The notes beneath the pieces are model-generated. The model was not told the origin of the DNA, ran no database searches, and worked only from the letters and a program-made list of their open reading frames with translations. From Octopus sinensis (lineage: Eukaryota), in contig NW_021834237.1 of assembly GCF_006345805.1 (NCBI RefSeq), forward strand, positions 1 to 64,000: a stretch of DNA of 64,000 nt, read 5' to 3'. The position numbers were made by a program, and so were the translations under genes. This document shows positions 26,041 through 39,325 of this stretch, piece after piece. Numbering within the stretch: position 1 is the first letter of the stretch; every line of letters starts with the position of its first letter.

Positions 26041-26366
26041 ATGTATGTATGTATGTATGTATGTATATGTATGTATATACAGACACATATATTTACATAT
26101 ATATCGAGAATAATAATAAATCCATCATTTTTCTCACAGCTTCTCTGGCTTACTGTGCATTTGTGTGAGTCTGAGGCTGTATCATATACCTCTACAAATG
26201 TATGTGGAAAATAGGTAAGAAAATATGTATGTACTTGTGGTTGTATGTATTCATGTATTTATCTTTTGTAATATATACACACAAATATGCATATGCAGAC
26301 GTACACATACGCACATACATGCATGCGTATGAATATATACACACGCACGCATACACATATAGTATA

Positions 26367-26588
26367 CACCGCCTCGAGCTGGCAGACACGTTAACGCGCC
26401 GGGCGAAATGCTTAGCGGTATTTCGTCTGTCGTTGCGTTCTGAGTTCAAATTCCGCCGAGGTCAACTTTGCCTTTCATCGATAAATAAAGTACCAGTTTC
26501 GCACTGGGAGCGATATAATCGACTTAATCCCTTCGTCTGTCCTTGTTTGTCCCCTCTATGTTTAGCCCCTTGTGGGCAGTAAAGAAAT
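26367..26588 (+). mobile_element. SINE family C (tRNA-derived head; GCCTTTCATC..GATAAA..AGTACCAG Meta-domain-like core)
   Basis: A box TGGCAGACACG, B box GAGTTCAAATTCC; homologous to 31517-31933 and 58321-58551. Confidence 0.85.
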
Positions 26589-26788
26589 ATACTTCTTACG
26601 ATACAACAAACAAAAAACACGCTTACACAATCAAGAGAGTTGTTGTACATGTGCGTGTATGTACGTCCATGTATGTGTCTGTATAATTCTATGTGTAAAC
26701 GTCTATGTGTATCAAAGATGTATCGTTTGGTTTGTCGAGGTAATCAGTGCCCACTTGATTAAATTTCGTATAAATAATAATTATTATA

Positions 26789-27071
26789 GACGCAGGAGTG
26801 GCTGTGTGGTAAGTAGCTTGCTAACCAACCACATGGTTCCGGGTTCAGTCCCACTGCGTGACATCTTGGGCAAGTGTCTTCTGCTATAGCGTCGGGCCGA
26901 CCAAAGCCTTGTGAGTGGATTTGGTAGACGGAAACTGAAAGAAGCCTGTCGTATATATATATTTAGGTGTTTTCGCTCAATAAACACTCACAACGCCCGG
27001 TCTGGGAATCGAAACCGCGATCCTACGACCGCGAGTCCGCTGCCCTAACCACTGGGCCATTGCGCCTCCAC
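26789..27071. mobile_element. SINE A 5' half (+) abutting a SINE B head (-)
   Basis: The A head and middle end at the TA run (~26960), followed by the reverse-complement B head. Confidence 0.8.
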
Positions 27072-27400
27072 TGTCAATCTTCCATCTCTTAAGCCTCAAT
27101 GGAAACGGCAACACGTCAATCTCAAATCGGACCGATCCTGCTGACATTGAAAGAAGATCGTTCCAGGAGATAAACATCTGACCCACTTTGTCCTACAGTA
27201 CTCATACATACTGAACTCCTTGCTCCGCTGTTTTTGTGATACTTTCTTTTCATTCTCTTTCACAACTACCATTCTCCATCTGGTCTTCTGACCATGCATA
27301 AAGAACCACTGCTTCTTAGGCAAAAGGCCTCTACCTCTTCTGCCAGTTTCCACCGCCCCTATAATCTCCTTCCATGTTGCTCGTGAAACAGCTTCAACTG
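27072..27400 (-). pseudogene. RLE-type (HERO/NeSL-like) LINE relic
   Basis: EIIGAVETGRRGRG and ISWNDLLSMS..VRFEIDVLPFPLRLKRWK resemble the post-RT region of RLE LINEs. Confidence 0.55.
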
Positions 27401-27917
27401 CGATTTCTTTTGTTGTTCACATTGCATCCTGTACGAATATTGGCCTTTTCAGTCTTTCTCATCATCGTAACCAGACGGTCAGTGCTTCTTTATATTTTTC
27501 AGCCAGTAATGTCAGTGTCAGCAGCAAAACAGGCAACAGCTACATCGGACTACATTCTTGGCACATCCAGTCACTAAACCTTATAATTGTTACCGCGTAC
27601 TCAAGAAATTGTCACATAACTCTAGATAGCAACCCGAGCTGACAGCAACATAACTTGGTTTCCCAGACAACAATACCTCATCAGTCCACTTGAAGTACTC
27701 GCTTACTTGCTCCTAAATCCTTACCCCAGAATGTCCATCATTCAGACTAACCTCACTTCAACATTCTTGATCCTTTGATCCTCGGCAGGCACAATTTCAC
27801 ATGGGTCGTGAGTTCATCTCCAGGATGAAATAAGAAACAAAATATATAAGTTCTGTTCATTACATTAGTGTGCACATATGCATGTATGCATGTGTTACAG
27901 TGTGTATATTCTTGCCT

Positions 27918-28301
27918 GGAAGCACTCCGTCGGTTACGACGACGAGGTTTCCGGTTGATCCGAATCAACGGAACAGCCTGCTCGTGAAATTAACGTGTAA
28001 GTGGCTGAGCACTCCACAGACACGTGTACCCTTAACGTAGTTCTCGGGGATATTCAGCGTGACACAGAGAGTGACAAGGCCGGCCCTTTGAAATACAGGT
28101 ACAACAGAAACAGGAAGTAAGAGTGAGAGAAAGTTGCGGTGAAAGAGTACAGCAGGGCTCACCACCATCCCCTGCCGGAGCCTCGTAGAGCTTTAGGTGT
28201 TTTCGCTCAATAAACACTCACAACGCCCGGTCTGGGAATCGAAACCGCGATCCTATGACCGCGAGTCCGCTGCCCTAACCACTGGGCCATTGCGCCTCCA
28301 C
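27918..28301 (-). mobile_element. SINE family B (tRNA-Arg-like head), full length, 8-bp TSD TCTTGCCT
   Basis: A box TGGCCCAGTGG, B box GTTTCGATTCC; TSD at 27910-27917 and 28302-28309. Confidence 0.92.
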
Positions 28302-29010
28302 TCTTGCCTCTAATGATTGAGCAAAATATAAGGAAGTATGTCATTCCATTAGGTGTTTAGAATAGTAGTAATAAACATACTTATACATACATACATACTG
28401 ATTATTCTATCTTCGCATATGTGCTTCTTCGTTGTCAATGGCGTTTCTGACTTTCCATCGATGACTTCCATCCATACTTGTTTCAGTCACTGGATTGCAG
28501 CCATTCTTGGACACCGCCTTGAAGGCTTTAGGTAAAATTTTAAAAAATTGACACTCGTACTTACTTTTAACGTCTATCGGCATCTTTTAAGGAAGCAAGC
28601 CAACTCCTGTTGTCCAGCAATATGCGTGTGTGTCTTTGTGTTCATGTGTGTCCCCTTCCCTGCCACCGATTGACAGTCCCTGTTGATCTGTTTAAGTCCC
28701 CGACAAAAGGGACCAATACAGAGAGCGATTTGTTCGTCTGAAGTTCTTCAAGGCGCTGCTCCCGCATGTCTGCAGTCTAATCATTGCAGTCCGGGTTCAG
28801 TCCCACTGTGCGGCAGTGGGATTGTTTACGTGCCTGTAACTTAGCGGTCTGGCAAAAGAAATCGATTGAATTAGTATTAGGCTTTAATAAATAAGTATTG
28901 GGGTCGAATTATACGACTAAAATCTCTTCAAGGCAGTGCTCCAGCATGGCCAGAGCTTAATGACTAAAACAAGTAAAAGATACACGCGCGCACACATACA
29001 CACGCGCGCA

Positions 29011-29132
29011 AACATGGTTCCGGGTTCAGTCCCACTGCGTGGCACCTTGGGCAAGTGTCTTCTACTATAGCCTCGGGCCGACCAAAGCCTTGTGAGTGGA
29101 TTTGGTAGACGGAAACTGAAAGAAGCCCATCG

Positions 29133-29168
<36 letters not shown>

Positions 29169-29393
29169 GGGTGTGTGTGTTTGTGAGTATGTTTGTGTGT
29201 CTGTGTTTGTCCCCCCAACATCACTTGACAACCGATGTTGGAGTCTTTACGGTTAGGCAAAAGGAGACTGATAGAATAAGAACTAGGCTTACAAAGAATA
29301 AGTCCCGGGGTCGAATTGTTCGACTAAAGGTAGTACTCCGTCATGCCCGCAGTCAAATGACTGAAACAAGTAAAAGAATAAAAGAATAAAAGA

Positions 29394-29395
<2 letters not shown>
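29011..29395 (+). mobile_element. SINE family A, 5'-truncated, preceded by older SINE A tail fragments (28620-28980)
   Basis: Homologous to other A copies; (AAAAGAAT)n tail. Confidence 0.85.
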
Positions 29396-29437
<42 letters not shown>

Positions 29438-29639
29438 ACACACACGCACGAATACACAGAGAGAATGCATCAAGAGAGTGCTCTGCATCATAAACATCAC
29501 TGAAAATGGAAATAAAAATTCTCTCTTAGGTGCCTTAAAATCTAAAAATTTGAGCAAGAGAGATGATTCAAATAGTATCAAGTAAGTGAAATGTTATGAA
29601 AATAAAACTCATGCACATAGATAAATTTCGTTAAAGTCA

Positions 29640-29920
29640 ACAAGTGAAAGCAACGGGCAAGGAAATGGAAGATGGAATAACTCAAAATTTGCAATTTATA
29701 TCAAGCAATTGAAAGAAAACGCTTCAGACTTTGATATCAACTGGATTATGCCTGAAAAATCCAGATCATGAATAAAGGCTATCAGGATATGCAGGATACG
29801 CATAACTGAAGAACGAATAATTTTAGGACATTTGCGGAAGCCAAACTTCATCTCAACATAAAAGTGAGAAATATTCAGCCCCTGTATGCACGAGAGAAAG
29901 TTCCTTTTCAGACATCATCA
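29640..29920 (+). pseudogene. Penelope-like GIY-YIG C-terminal relic
   Basis: YIKQLKENASDFDINWI..EKSRS and ICRIRITEERIIL resemble the PLE 'YIWxLKE...INW.I...C.LC..EK..I' region. Confidence 0.55.
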
Positions 29921-30123
29921 CTATAGGCCACAAATGGCTCTTCTGATTCCTATAATTTTTGTGTGGAGTTAGGGCATTCATTTTAAGCGTTTCTTTGTCA
30001 GTGTTCTCATTTCTTCATTCAGTTACCTTCTTCCTCCTCTTGCCCAATTTCTTATATTCCTTCCCTTCCTCTCTCTTCTTCCCTCTATCTATTCTACTTT
30101 TCTTATTTGTTTTTTCTTTCTTT

Positions 30124-30184
<61 letters not shown>

Positions 30185-30195
<11 letters not shown>

Positions 30196-30581
30196 AAAGT
30201 GAGGTTGTGTGCTGTCTGTCTCCTACGATTTAGATTCCTAACTACTCCCACATTTTGCGGTGCAGTAGTTTAACCAAAACCGGGTATCTTATAGTCGTGA
30301 TTCATATCGACCCCTTCTGGGTATTAGCGCGCGTCTACGATGAGTCTATCATTAAAAAAAAATTTACCATCAAGTTTTCCCATTTTAATGCATTTTTGGC
30401 ATATATAAGGGAAGTAACTCTCTAAAAATTTATTATTAAATCTAAGAACGTAAAAAGCTACAGTAACACCACCCCCTTTGTGGTTAGCCATATTGAGATG
30501 GCTATTCTACTTTACATCTCTAAAAATGCTTATATAGTTATTTCCCTTACAAACCCGAGCAACGCCGGGCGATACTGCTAG
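30185..30581 (+). mobile_element. non-autonomous Helitron H1
   Basis: 5' end merges into (TA)n; 3' hairpin plus CTAG|T; nearly identical to 17911-18303. Confidence 0.9.
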
Positions 30582-31516
30582 TATTATATATAATATATAT
30601 ATTACATTATACACACACACACATATATATAAGATATATTTTATATATATAATATATATTATATATAAATATATATCATATATAATATATATATATAAAC
30701 AGAGAGAGAGAGAGAAAAAAGAGAGAAGAGAGAGATTGATAAAAGATATATATATATATACACACACATACGCATATTTGAACATAGATGTGCGTATGTG
30801 TTTGTGTGTGTGTGTGTGTGTGTGAGTATGTGAGTGTGTGTATGTGTATGTGTGTGAGTGTGTGTGCGCCCGTGCATGCGTATGAAGTAGAAAGAGAAAG
30901 AAAGAGAAGAGTAAATGGGGAGTGAAGCATAAAAAAGTGAAGGCGAAAGTTAACCAAGTAAAGGAAGAAAGGCCGGCAGTATGTATGGAAGAGGAGCGAA
31001 TAAGGAAAAATGAAAAGTGGTGAAAGTAAAAAGGAAAGGGGGAAAAGGAAGAAGCAACTGAATGTAAGAGAAATATTGACGCAGAAAAGAAAGGATACAA
31101 CAGCATGATTAAAACGTAGTGACTATCCGTTTTATAAACCGACAATATATATTGCGACATTATTTATTGTCGTCGTTTAGCCACAGTCATCTTGATCCAT
31201 TAATCCTATGTTTGTCATAGGATTATTTGCGAATGGGAGGCAAATATCCACTCGCTGGATAGGACAACAGTCTCTTGCAGACAACTTCTTTCTATCGGGG
31301 CGTGTTTAGTTTACAGAGCTTTTGTTACTTATCTCTGTGAAAGTTCTGTTTCATTAACCCTGGGTCAACTCTGATCCTGCAGCCCTATGATCAAGATCAT
31401 TCCAACCACCATCATCACATTTTCGCTATAGTTATCATGACTTAGATTGCGCAATGTTTCCTTGTTATGTAATTCAAAGTCAACCCTGGTTGAGTGGATC
31501 TATAATTAAATCTAAA

Positions 31517-31933
31517 GGCGGCGAGCTGGCAGAAACGTTAGCACGCCGGGCAAAATGCGTAGCCGTATTTCGTCTGTCGCTACGTTCTGAGTTCAAATTC
31601 CGCCGAGGTCGACTTTGCCTTTCATCCTTTCGGGGTCGATAAATTAAGTACCAGTTATGCACTGGGGTCGATGTAATCGACTTAATCCGTTTGTCTGTCC
31701 TTGTTTGTCCCCTCTGTGTTTAGCCCCTTGTGGGTAGTAAAGAAATAGGTATTTCGTCTGCCGCTACGTTATGAGTTCAAATTCCGCCGAGGTTGACTTT
31801 GCCTTTCATCCTTTCGGGGTCGATAAATTAAGTACCAGTTACGCACTGGGGTCGATGTAATCGACTTAATCCGTTTGTCTGTCCTTGTTTGTCCCTTCTA
31901 TGTTTAGCCCCTTGTGGGCAGTAAAGAAATATA
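31517..31933 (+). mobile_element. SINE family C with tandem duplication of its 3' ~185 bp
   Basis: Full copy 31517-31748 followed immediately by a headless copy 31749-31933. Confidence 0.88.
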
Positions 31934-32133
31934 TAATTAAATCTTCCAACGATGACTACCGCGTTCTCTTAGATATTGCGTTTCTAAGGTTACATTATCA
32001 AATTTATACTTTTTATGACAGTAAAATGCGATTTGATGGAGATTTCGTTGCTAATTCCAAAAGTTCGTACGACCACGTAGGCGCCTCCTTCGTTGGCTTA
32101 CATTAGTAAAGTGTTATTATTCTGTAGTATAAA

Positions 32134-32355
32134 GGCGGCGAGCTGGCAGAATCGTTAGCACGCCGGTGCAAAATGTTTAGCGGCATTTTCGTCTGTCTTA
32201 AGGGCTTTGAGTTCAAATTCCGCTGAAGCTGGCTTTGCCTTTCATCCCTTGCGGGATTGATAGAATAAGCATCAGTTGAAGCCTGGGGTCGATGTAATAG
32301 ACTTACCCCTCCCCTAAAATTGTTGGCCTTGTGCCAAAACTTGAAACCAATATTC
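32134..32355 (+). mobile_element. older SINE C subfamily
   Basis: Same head and core, but a different tail (CCCCTCCCCTAAAATTG..GGCCTTGTGCC). Confidence 0.75.
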
Positions 32356-32412
32356 TGAAGTACGAAGCGCTTAAGGGACAGTCAGCAACACAACGCAGTA
32401 GCTGAATTCGAA

Positions 32413-32820
32413 CTCTCTCTTTTACTCTTTTACTCTTTTACTTGTTTCAGTCATTTGACTGCGGCCATGCTGGGGCACCGCCTTTAGTCGAGCAAATCGA
32501 CCCCGGGACTTATTCGTTGTAAGTCCAGTACTTATTCTATCGGTCTCTTTTGCCGAACCGCTAAGTGATGGGGACGTAAACACACCAGCATCGGTTGTCA
32601 AGCAATGCTAGGGGGACAAACACAGACACACAAACATATACACACACATACATATACATATATACGACAGGCTTCTTTCAGTTTCCGTCTACCAAATCCA
32701 CTCACAAGGCATTGGTCGGCCCGGGGCTATAGCAGAAGACACTTGCCCAAGATGCCACGCAGTGGGACTGAACCCAGAACCATGTGGTTTGTAGGCAAGC
32801 TACTTACCACACAGCCACTC
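32413..32820 (-). mobile_element. SINE family A, near full length
   Basis: Reverse-complement match to the family A consensus. Confidence 0.9.
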
Positions 32821-33001
32821 AGTTAAAAATGTACGGAGGATGAGAAAACGAAGAAGAAAGAGAGAGAAAGATGGAGATTGTGTGTGTATGAGTGTGTGTG
32901 AAAGAGAGAAGAAGAGAGAGAAAAGAGAGAGAGAGAAGAGAGAGAGTAACGAAAAATACGTAAATGTAGAGAGGGAAAAGGTGACAGACAAGAGAGTGAT
33001 G

Positions 33002-33069
<68 letters not shown>

Positions 33070-33413
33070 TGTATGAGTCTGTGTGGATATATAAGAGGGT
33101 AAGAGGGCGAGGTAGAAATAAATCCAATACAGAGTAAAAGACACAGAGAAAAGCAGTATGAGTCATCATGTCATATTTTAAAAGTTGGTGTCATTCACAT
33201 ATCTTTTTCCTTTCTTCAGCTCTTACCATCACAACCACCACCACCACGTCATCATCATCATCATCATCAACAACAACATGACCGGTGACATAACTGTTGT
33301 CTTATTTCCAACATTACACTCATACACATGCACATACTAAGCACACACACACAAGTATATATATGCGTGTATGTATGTATGCATGCATGCATGTATGTAT
33401 GTATGTATGCATG

Positions 33414-33445
<32 letters not shown>

Positions 33446-33866
33446 TGTATGTATGTATGTATGTATGAAATATAGACAGAGAGAGGCACACCCACACCCG
33501 TCCTCGGCATTACAGCCACCTCAGGTTACGAAATTTTGCGCTTGCAGAAATTGTAATGGATGACCACTAATTTCAGGATACGGTCTGTAATTTCGCGCTT
33601 ACTCGGATAAATTTTCACACTTTCAAATTTACAGGTTTTTTGTGGCTAAAATGCCATTTTCGGAGTTTTATGTAAGATCAAAGTAAAGTTAATAAATTGA
33701 AAAATGATAAACATGATACATACAAACATACATACATACATACATATATTCATACATACAGATGTGTGTATGTGTCAGTGCGTGCATGTGCATACAAGTG
33801 TTTGTGTATACGTCAATATAGGAGAACAGGGTGGAATTATTGAAAGTAAATATTTGTTTGAGTCTG

Positions 33867-33929
<63 letters not shown>

Positions 33930-33940
33930 GTCTGTCTGTG

Positions 33941-34013
<73 letters not shown>

Positions 34014-34034
34014 GTCTGTCTGTCTGTCTGCCTG

Positions 34035-34087
<53 letters not shown>

Positions 34088-34775
34088 TTGTCTGTCTGCC
34101 TGTCTTTCTGTCAGTCTGTCTGTCTGTCTGTACACGTATAAATCAAATTCACCACCAGCAACACCATCTATCGTCAACACCAACACAACCACCAAAGCAA
34201 AGACAATTACCGCTTTTAGCACCCCTCCAACTCTTTAATTATTTATAACGATAGCAACAGTAGTATGAACAAGTTAAGCAACTCCATCTAAAAGAAAAGG
34301 CAATAAAATGAAATAATGCGGTACGCTGGTGTATGTTGACTACTCCAGCCATCACTGTCACCACCATGACAACTACCAACCACAAAAACTATTGAATTGA
34401 CAACAGTAATATTAGTATCAACATGTTAGCAATGACTGTAGCTACATATGTTGTACGTTAACACAACTCTGCGTGAGTATGTGTTCGTGTGACTGTGAGA
34501 GTATAGTCACGATACGTATAAACATGTATACGTACATACATAATAATAGAACTAATAATAACTATTTCTACTATAGGCACAAGGACTGAAATATGGTGGT
34601 CGTGGTGGGTGGGGGTAGTCGAATCGACCCCAGAGATACTTATTTTATCGACTCGGTAAAGAAGGGCGAAATACCGCTAAGTATTTCGTCCAGCGTGCTA
34701 ACGATTCTGCCAGCCCGCCGCCTTAATATAATAATAAAAATAAAAATAATAATAATAATAATAATAAGGACGATA

Positions 34776-34823
<48 letters not shown>

Positions 34824-34839
34824 GATGATGATGATGATG

Positions 34840-35350
34840 ATAATGATTCAGTGCGACCATGAGATTGAGAATAGGAAGCCGGACATAGTCTTAATTGAGA
34901 AAGAAAATAAACTATGCTGGATCATAGACATAGAATGCCCAACCGACAACAAGGTATGCGATAAGGAAGAAAGAAAAGTCGAGAGAGATGACTGGTTAGC
35001 TTGGGAATTTAAGCAGTTGTAGTCGATGAAAAGGGTAGTAGTAGTAGTACCAATAATTGTCGGAGCCCTGGGAACAGTTAGCAAAAATCTCGAGAAGTAC
35101 GTGGAACAAATAGGGGCTGCAATAAAGGGTGGAGCACTTGCAGAAAACAGCACTACTTGGAACCGCCCGAGAAGTACGTGGAACAAATAGGGGCTGTAAT
35201 AAAGGGTGGAGCACTTGCAGAAAACAGCACTGCTTGGAACCGCCCGAATACTCCGGAAGGTGCTCGAAATATAAGAGGTATTACCTTAGTTCACTTGTAG
35301 TGAACATAGACACCGTGGTACATCCCCAGCGTTAGAAACTGTGCAAAGGT
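34840..35350 (+). mobile_element. R4/Dong-like LINE 3' end (RLE domain) with (TAA)n tail
   Basis: IQCDHEIENRKPDIVLIEKENKLCWIIDI.CP, VVPIIVGALGTV and LQKTALLGTARIL; ends in (TAA)n. Confidence 0.8.
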
Positions 35351-35437
35351 AATAATAATAATAATAATAATAATCCGTTCTACTAAAGGCATAAGGCCTG
35401 AAATTTTGGGGGATGGGATAAGTCAATTACGGGCATA

Positions 35438-35720
35438 TGACGTAGTGTTGAAGAGCGCGAGCTACTAACCCCAAAATTCCGAGTTCGATGCCAGGCTGTG
35501 ACCTGAATAATAATAATAATAATAATAACAATAATTACATCGAAAAATACCTTAGGAATGAGTTCCCAGGTTCGAAATTTCCCCAAGACACCTGATGAAG
35601 GTTAGAGGGTATATCAGCCAAAACGTTGTGTTAACAACAAACAAGATGAGGACAAATATCCGTCAAATGCAAATAATGTACATAATGTACATAATTCCGC
35701 ATCTCTTATAAACAGAACTG
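35438..35720 (+). mobile_element. tRNA-like head + (AAT)n + PLE-like tail with a degenerate hammerhead motif
   Basis: B box GAGTTCGATGCC (35481-35492); GACAC-CTGATGA-A-GGTTA..TCAGCC-AAAAC-GTT-GTGTT (35587-35632). Confidence 0.5.
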
Positions 35721-35798
35721 GGGTTGGTGTTATCCACTTAACCCGTCTCTCGAATTTGCTAGCCTTGTGCCAAAATTATTATTATTATTATCATTATT

Positions 35799-35829
<31 letters not shown>

Positions 35830-35853
35830 TTATCATTATTATTATTATTATTA

Positions 35854-35888
<35 letters not shown>

Positions 35889-35959
35889 GTTTTACGCTAG
35901 TGTATGCTAATTTCGTCAGCAGGTATTTTATCTTGAGGTTTGGTGACAACAAGTCTCCT

Positions 35960-36960
35960 CAAACCTTAAGACTTTTTTAAAAGGATTTTTGCAGAATATA
36001 GGATAGCACTTTTCTACAGGCTGACAATGCAAATTTTAATTGCAATTTCTTTCAGTCTTTTAGGTAGCATTTTGGGTGTTGTGTCAAGTGCACCTATTGC
36101 CATAGGAATAATTGTTGTCTTCGTCTTCCATAGTCTCCTCGGCTCTCTGGCAAGATCGTGGTATTTCTCATTTTGTTTCATTTCTCTGATTTCGACTCTG
36201 TTATCATAGGAAATTGTAAAATCTATCATCTTACACTGTTAGTTTATTTAATCTCTATAATCATGTCTGGTCTTCTTGCCTCAATAGTATGGTCAGTCTT
36301 TATGGTTAAGTCCCACAAGAGCTTGTAATTCCCATTTTTTTCATCACAGTTTCTGGTTCATATGCATACAACTTTTCTATTGCTCCAAAGTCACACAAAT
36401 CCCAATGCACTATTTTGCCTATTGGAAGCACTCCGTCGGTTACGACGACGAGGGTTCCGGTTGATCCGAATCAACGGAACAGCCTGCTCGTGAAATTAAC
36501 GTGTAAGTGGCTGAGCACTCCGCAGACACGTGTACCCTTAACGTAGTTCTCGGGGATATTCAGCGTGACACAGAGAGTGACAAGGCCGGCCCTTTGAAAT
36601 ACAGGTACAACAGAAACAGGAAGTAAGAGTGAGAGAAAGTTGTGGTGAAAGAGTACAGCAGGGATCACCACCATCTCCTGCCGGAGCCTCGTGGAGCTTT
36701 TAGGTGTTTTCGCTCAATAAACACTCACAACGCCCGGTCTGGGAATCGAAACCGCGATCCTATGACCGCGAGTTCGCTGCCCTAACCACTGGGCCATTGC
36801 GCCTCCACATTTTGCCTATACAGTCATGACTGCGCTTGTAAATCTTTTGTGCTAGTATACTGCACTCACTGAAAATGTAATTTGATACTCTCGTCACCTT
36901 TTCTGCAGATCCTAAGTTTACTGTCTGACTGAATATTGCCTTGTTCTAAGGGCTTGTTCC
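35960..36960 (-). mobile_element. R4/Dong-like LINE C-terminal relic interrupted by SINE B
   Basis: RICRKGDESI, SECSILAQKIYKRSHDCIGKIVHWDLC, LLWDLTIKTDHTIEARRPD, EKYHDLARE and PMAIGAL. Confidence 0.75.
36423..36808 (-). mobile_element. SINE family B, full length, 11-bp TSD ATTTTGCCTAT
   Basis: TSD at 36412-36422 and 36809-36819. Confidence 0.92.
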
Positions 36961-37481
36961 TGAGCGGTTTTAAATAACGTTTGTGGTTCTCGTTTCAAGT
37001 TCCCGCCCGTCAACCAAAGCCATCGGGTTTCTCTTCCAGCATTTTCGTTTTTTTTTACATAAATTGGCCATGCAGTTTTATTTCTTTATTTTGTACATTC
37101 TATTTTCTTCCTTTTCTTTTTAATTTTGTGAGTGGCACAGCTGGATTTAGGTGTAGTAATATTGCCGTGTGGGGTTAATATTTCTTACTTGTTTTTTAGT
37201 CTAGTGTTGTGAATGTGCGTAATTTTGTCGGAGAATCCATAAGTAAGAAGGTATTAGTTATAGTCAGGGGAGTGATTATTGAAAATGAATTTGTTTGTGG
37301 AAAGTTAGAAATTCGAATAGAAACATTGTTGACGACGCTATTTAAGACAGAGCTACGGTGTTTGGATACAACCTTAATATATTGGAGGCATGCATTAGTT
37401 TTTATTGTAGGAATAGTATAAAGCGGAGTTTAAGTTAAAGTAACGTCTAAAATGTTGGCTATTGTGAGGATATTTTTGAAA

Positions 37482-38203
37482 AGGTAGAAGGGTTATGCTT
37501 GTTAAAGAATTTACGGAGAGCTTTCCAGGTGCGTTCCAAACTCGACTTTGAATATCGAGTAGCTCTGAAAAGAGCGCCGTCCCTATAAAGACCTAGCCTA
37601 GGAAGATGTGTGCTAATTTGATATAAAAGAAAAAAGCCTACCGGTCGGTAACTTGAGCGAAACTGAAAGAAACCCATCGTATATATATATATGCGTGTGT
37701 GTCTGTGTTTGTCCCACCACATCACTTGACACCCGATGCTGGTGTTTTTTACGTTCCCGTAACTTAGCGGTTCGAAGAACCGATAGAATAAGTACTAGTC
37801 GATTTGTTCAACTATGGCTACAGTCAAATGACTGAAACAAGTGAAGGAATGTGGCCATTCTGGAGCAACGCCTTTAGTTGAACAAATCGACTGGTACTTA
37901 TTCTATCGGTTCTTCGAACCGCTAAGTTACGGGAACGTAAAACCACAGCATCGGTTGTCAAGTGATGTGGGGGGACAAACACAGACACACACGCACATAT
38001 ATATACGATGGGTTTCTTTCAGTTTCGCTCAAGTCACCGACCGGTAGGCCTTTTTCTTTTATATCCAATTAGCACACATCTTCCTTTGCTAGGTCTTTAT
38101 AGGGACGGCGCTCTTTTCAGAGCTACCCGATATTCAAAGTCGAGTTTGGAACGCACCTGGAAAGCTCTCCGTAAATTCTTTAACAAGCATAACCCTTCTA
38201 CCT
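37482..38203. repeat. long inverted repeat: ~330-bp arms, 60-bp spacer
   Basis: 37482-37814 is the reverse complement of 37875-38203 with few differences. Confidence 0.92.
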
Positions 38204-39029
38204 AACATATGTAAGTATGTATGTATGTATACATATGTAAGTATGTATGTATGTATACGACTATGTTATAGAATGTGCTCTTAATTCTTTAAGAGGATAG
38301 GGTCGGATTTCTGGAAAATTTGGGTGTTAATTCTAGCAAGTCAAACGATCATATATAGACCTTATCGCTACTGTTGGTTCGATAATCTTATATTTTTCAA
38401 AAGCGGGGATTATCAGAAACTAGAGATCGATTGATTAAATAAAATTCTTGTCATATGCAATTATATTTATTTAGATTTTAAGTTTTTTTCGGGTACTAAA
38501 ATCGATTAGATCGAACATACACTAAAAAATTTACTCTTGCGCCTATTTTTGAAAATGTTATACTTTTCTCATTACTTTCTGATCTTATCTTCCTCTGCAG
38601 TTGAATTCCATTTCATCCATCAAGGATCGATAAAACATTTGTTTCATTGTTACAAATCTATATTTACTCATGAAGGAAAATAAATCGTGTTGATGTATCC
38701 AGTGTTGCACTTAGGCATAAGCTTAAGAAGCTACAGCTTAAAGCTTCATCGTCCACAAATAGTTCAAAACAGTTGTGTACTTTACAACACAACAAAGTAC
38801 TTTTTTCATAATAGAACAACAAATACATGTATGATCCACTTTTACGAAACTGAAAACAGTACGTGAAATAACTGAGTGAAATAAACATCAGGAACTGATG
38901 CCCCACCCAGGAACTGCAGGACTTGCTCAGAGGTTTTGCAAACTCTTCTAAAGCTTTTGCATTGCTGGAAACTTTTCCATATTGTCAGCAGGTGTTTCAG
39001 GGTCACAAACATTTCGCTCTTTAGCCTGT

Positions 39030-39325
39030 ACGCTTCTTCTCAGGGGGTACTGAGGACTGGGCCGTTTTGAGATACTTTCAGCTGCCCTGCTTATATCCTT
39101 GGTGGCTTTCTTCAGTAGTCTTCTTACAAGAAACACTGTACTGATCTAGATGGAAAGCCGCGGCAGCCGACTTCAGTGGAGAATGAGGCAGCATGCTAGT
39201 CCTTAATAAGGGCCTCATTGACTAAGTACTGATATTTCGAATTCTTTACCTGGTGGGAAATATCGAGTCTGTCATCCCAGGGGGTTGTAAGTTCGACCGC
39301 AATGATTGTTTTTGTATTCTTGAAG
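39030..39325 (-). pseudogene. HERO-like RLE endonuclease C-terminal relic
   Basis: KTIIAVELTTPWDDRLDISHQVKNSKYQYLVNEALIK, EVGCRGFPSRSV and LKKATKDISRAAES. Confidence 0.75.
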
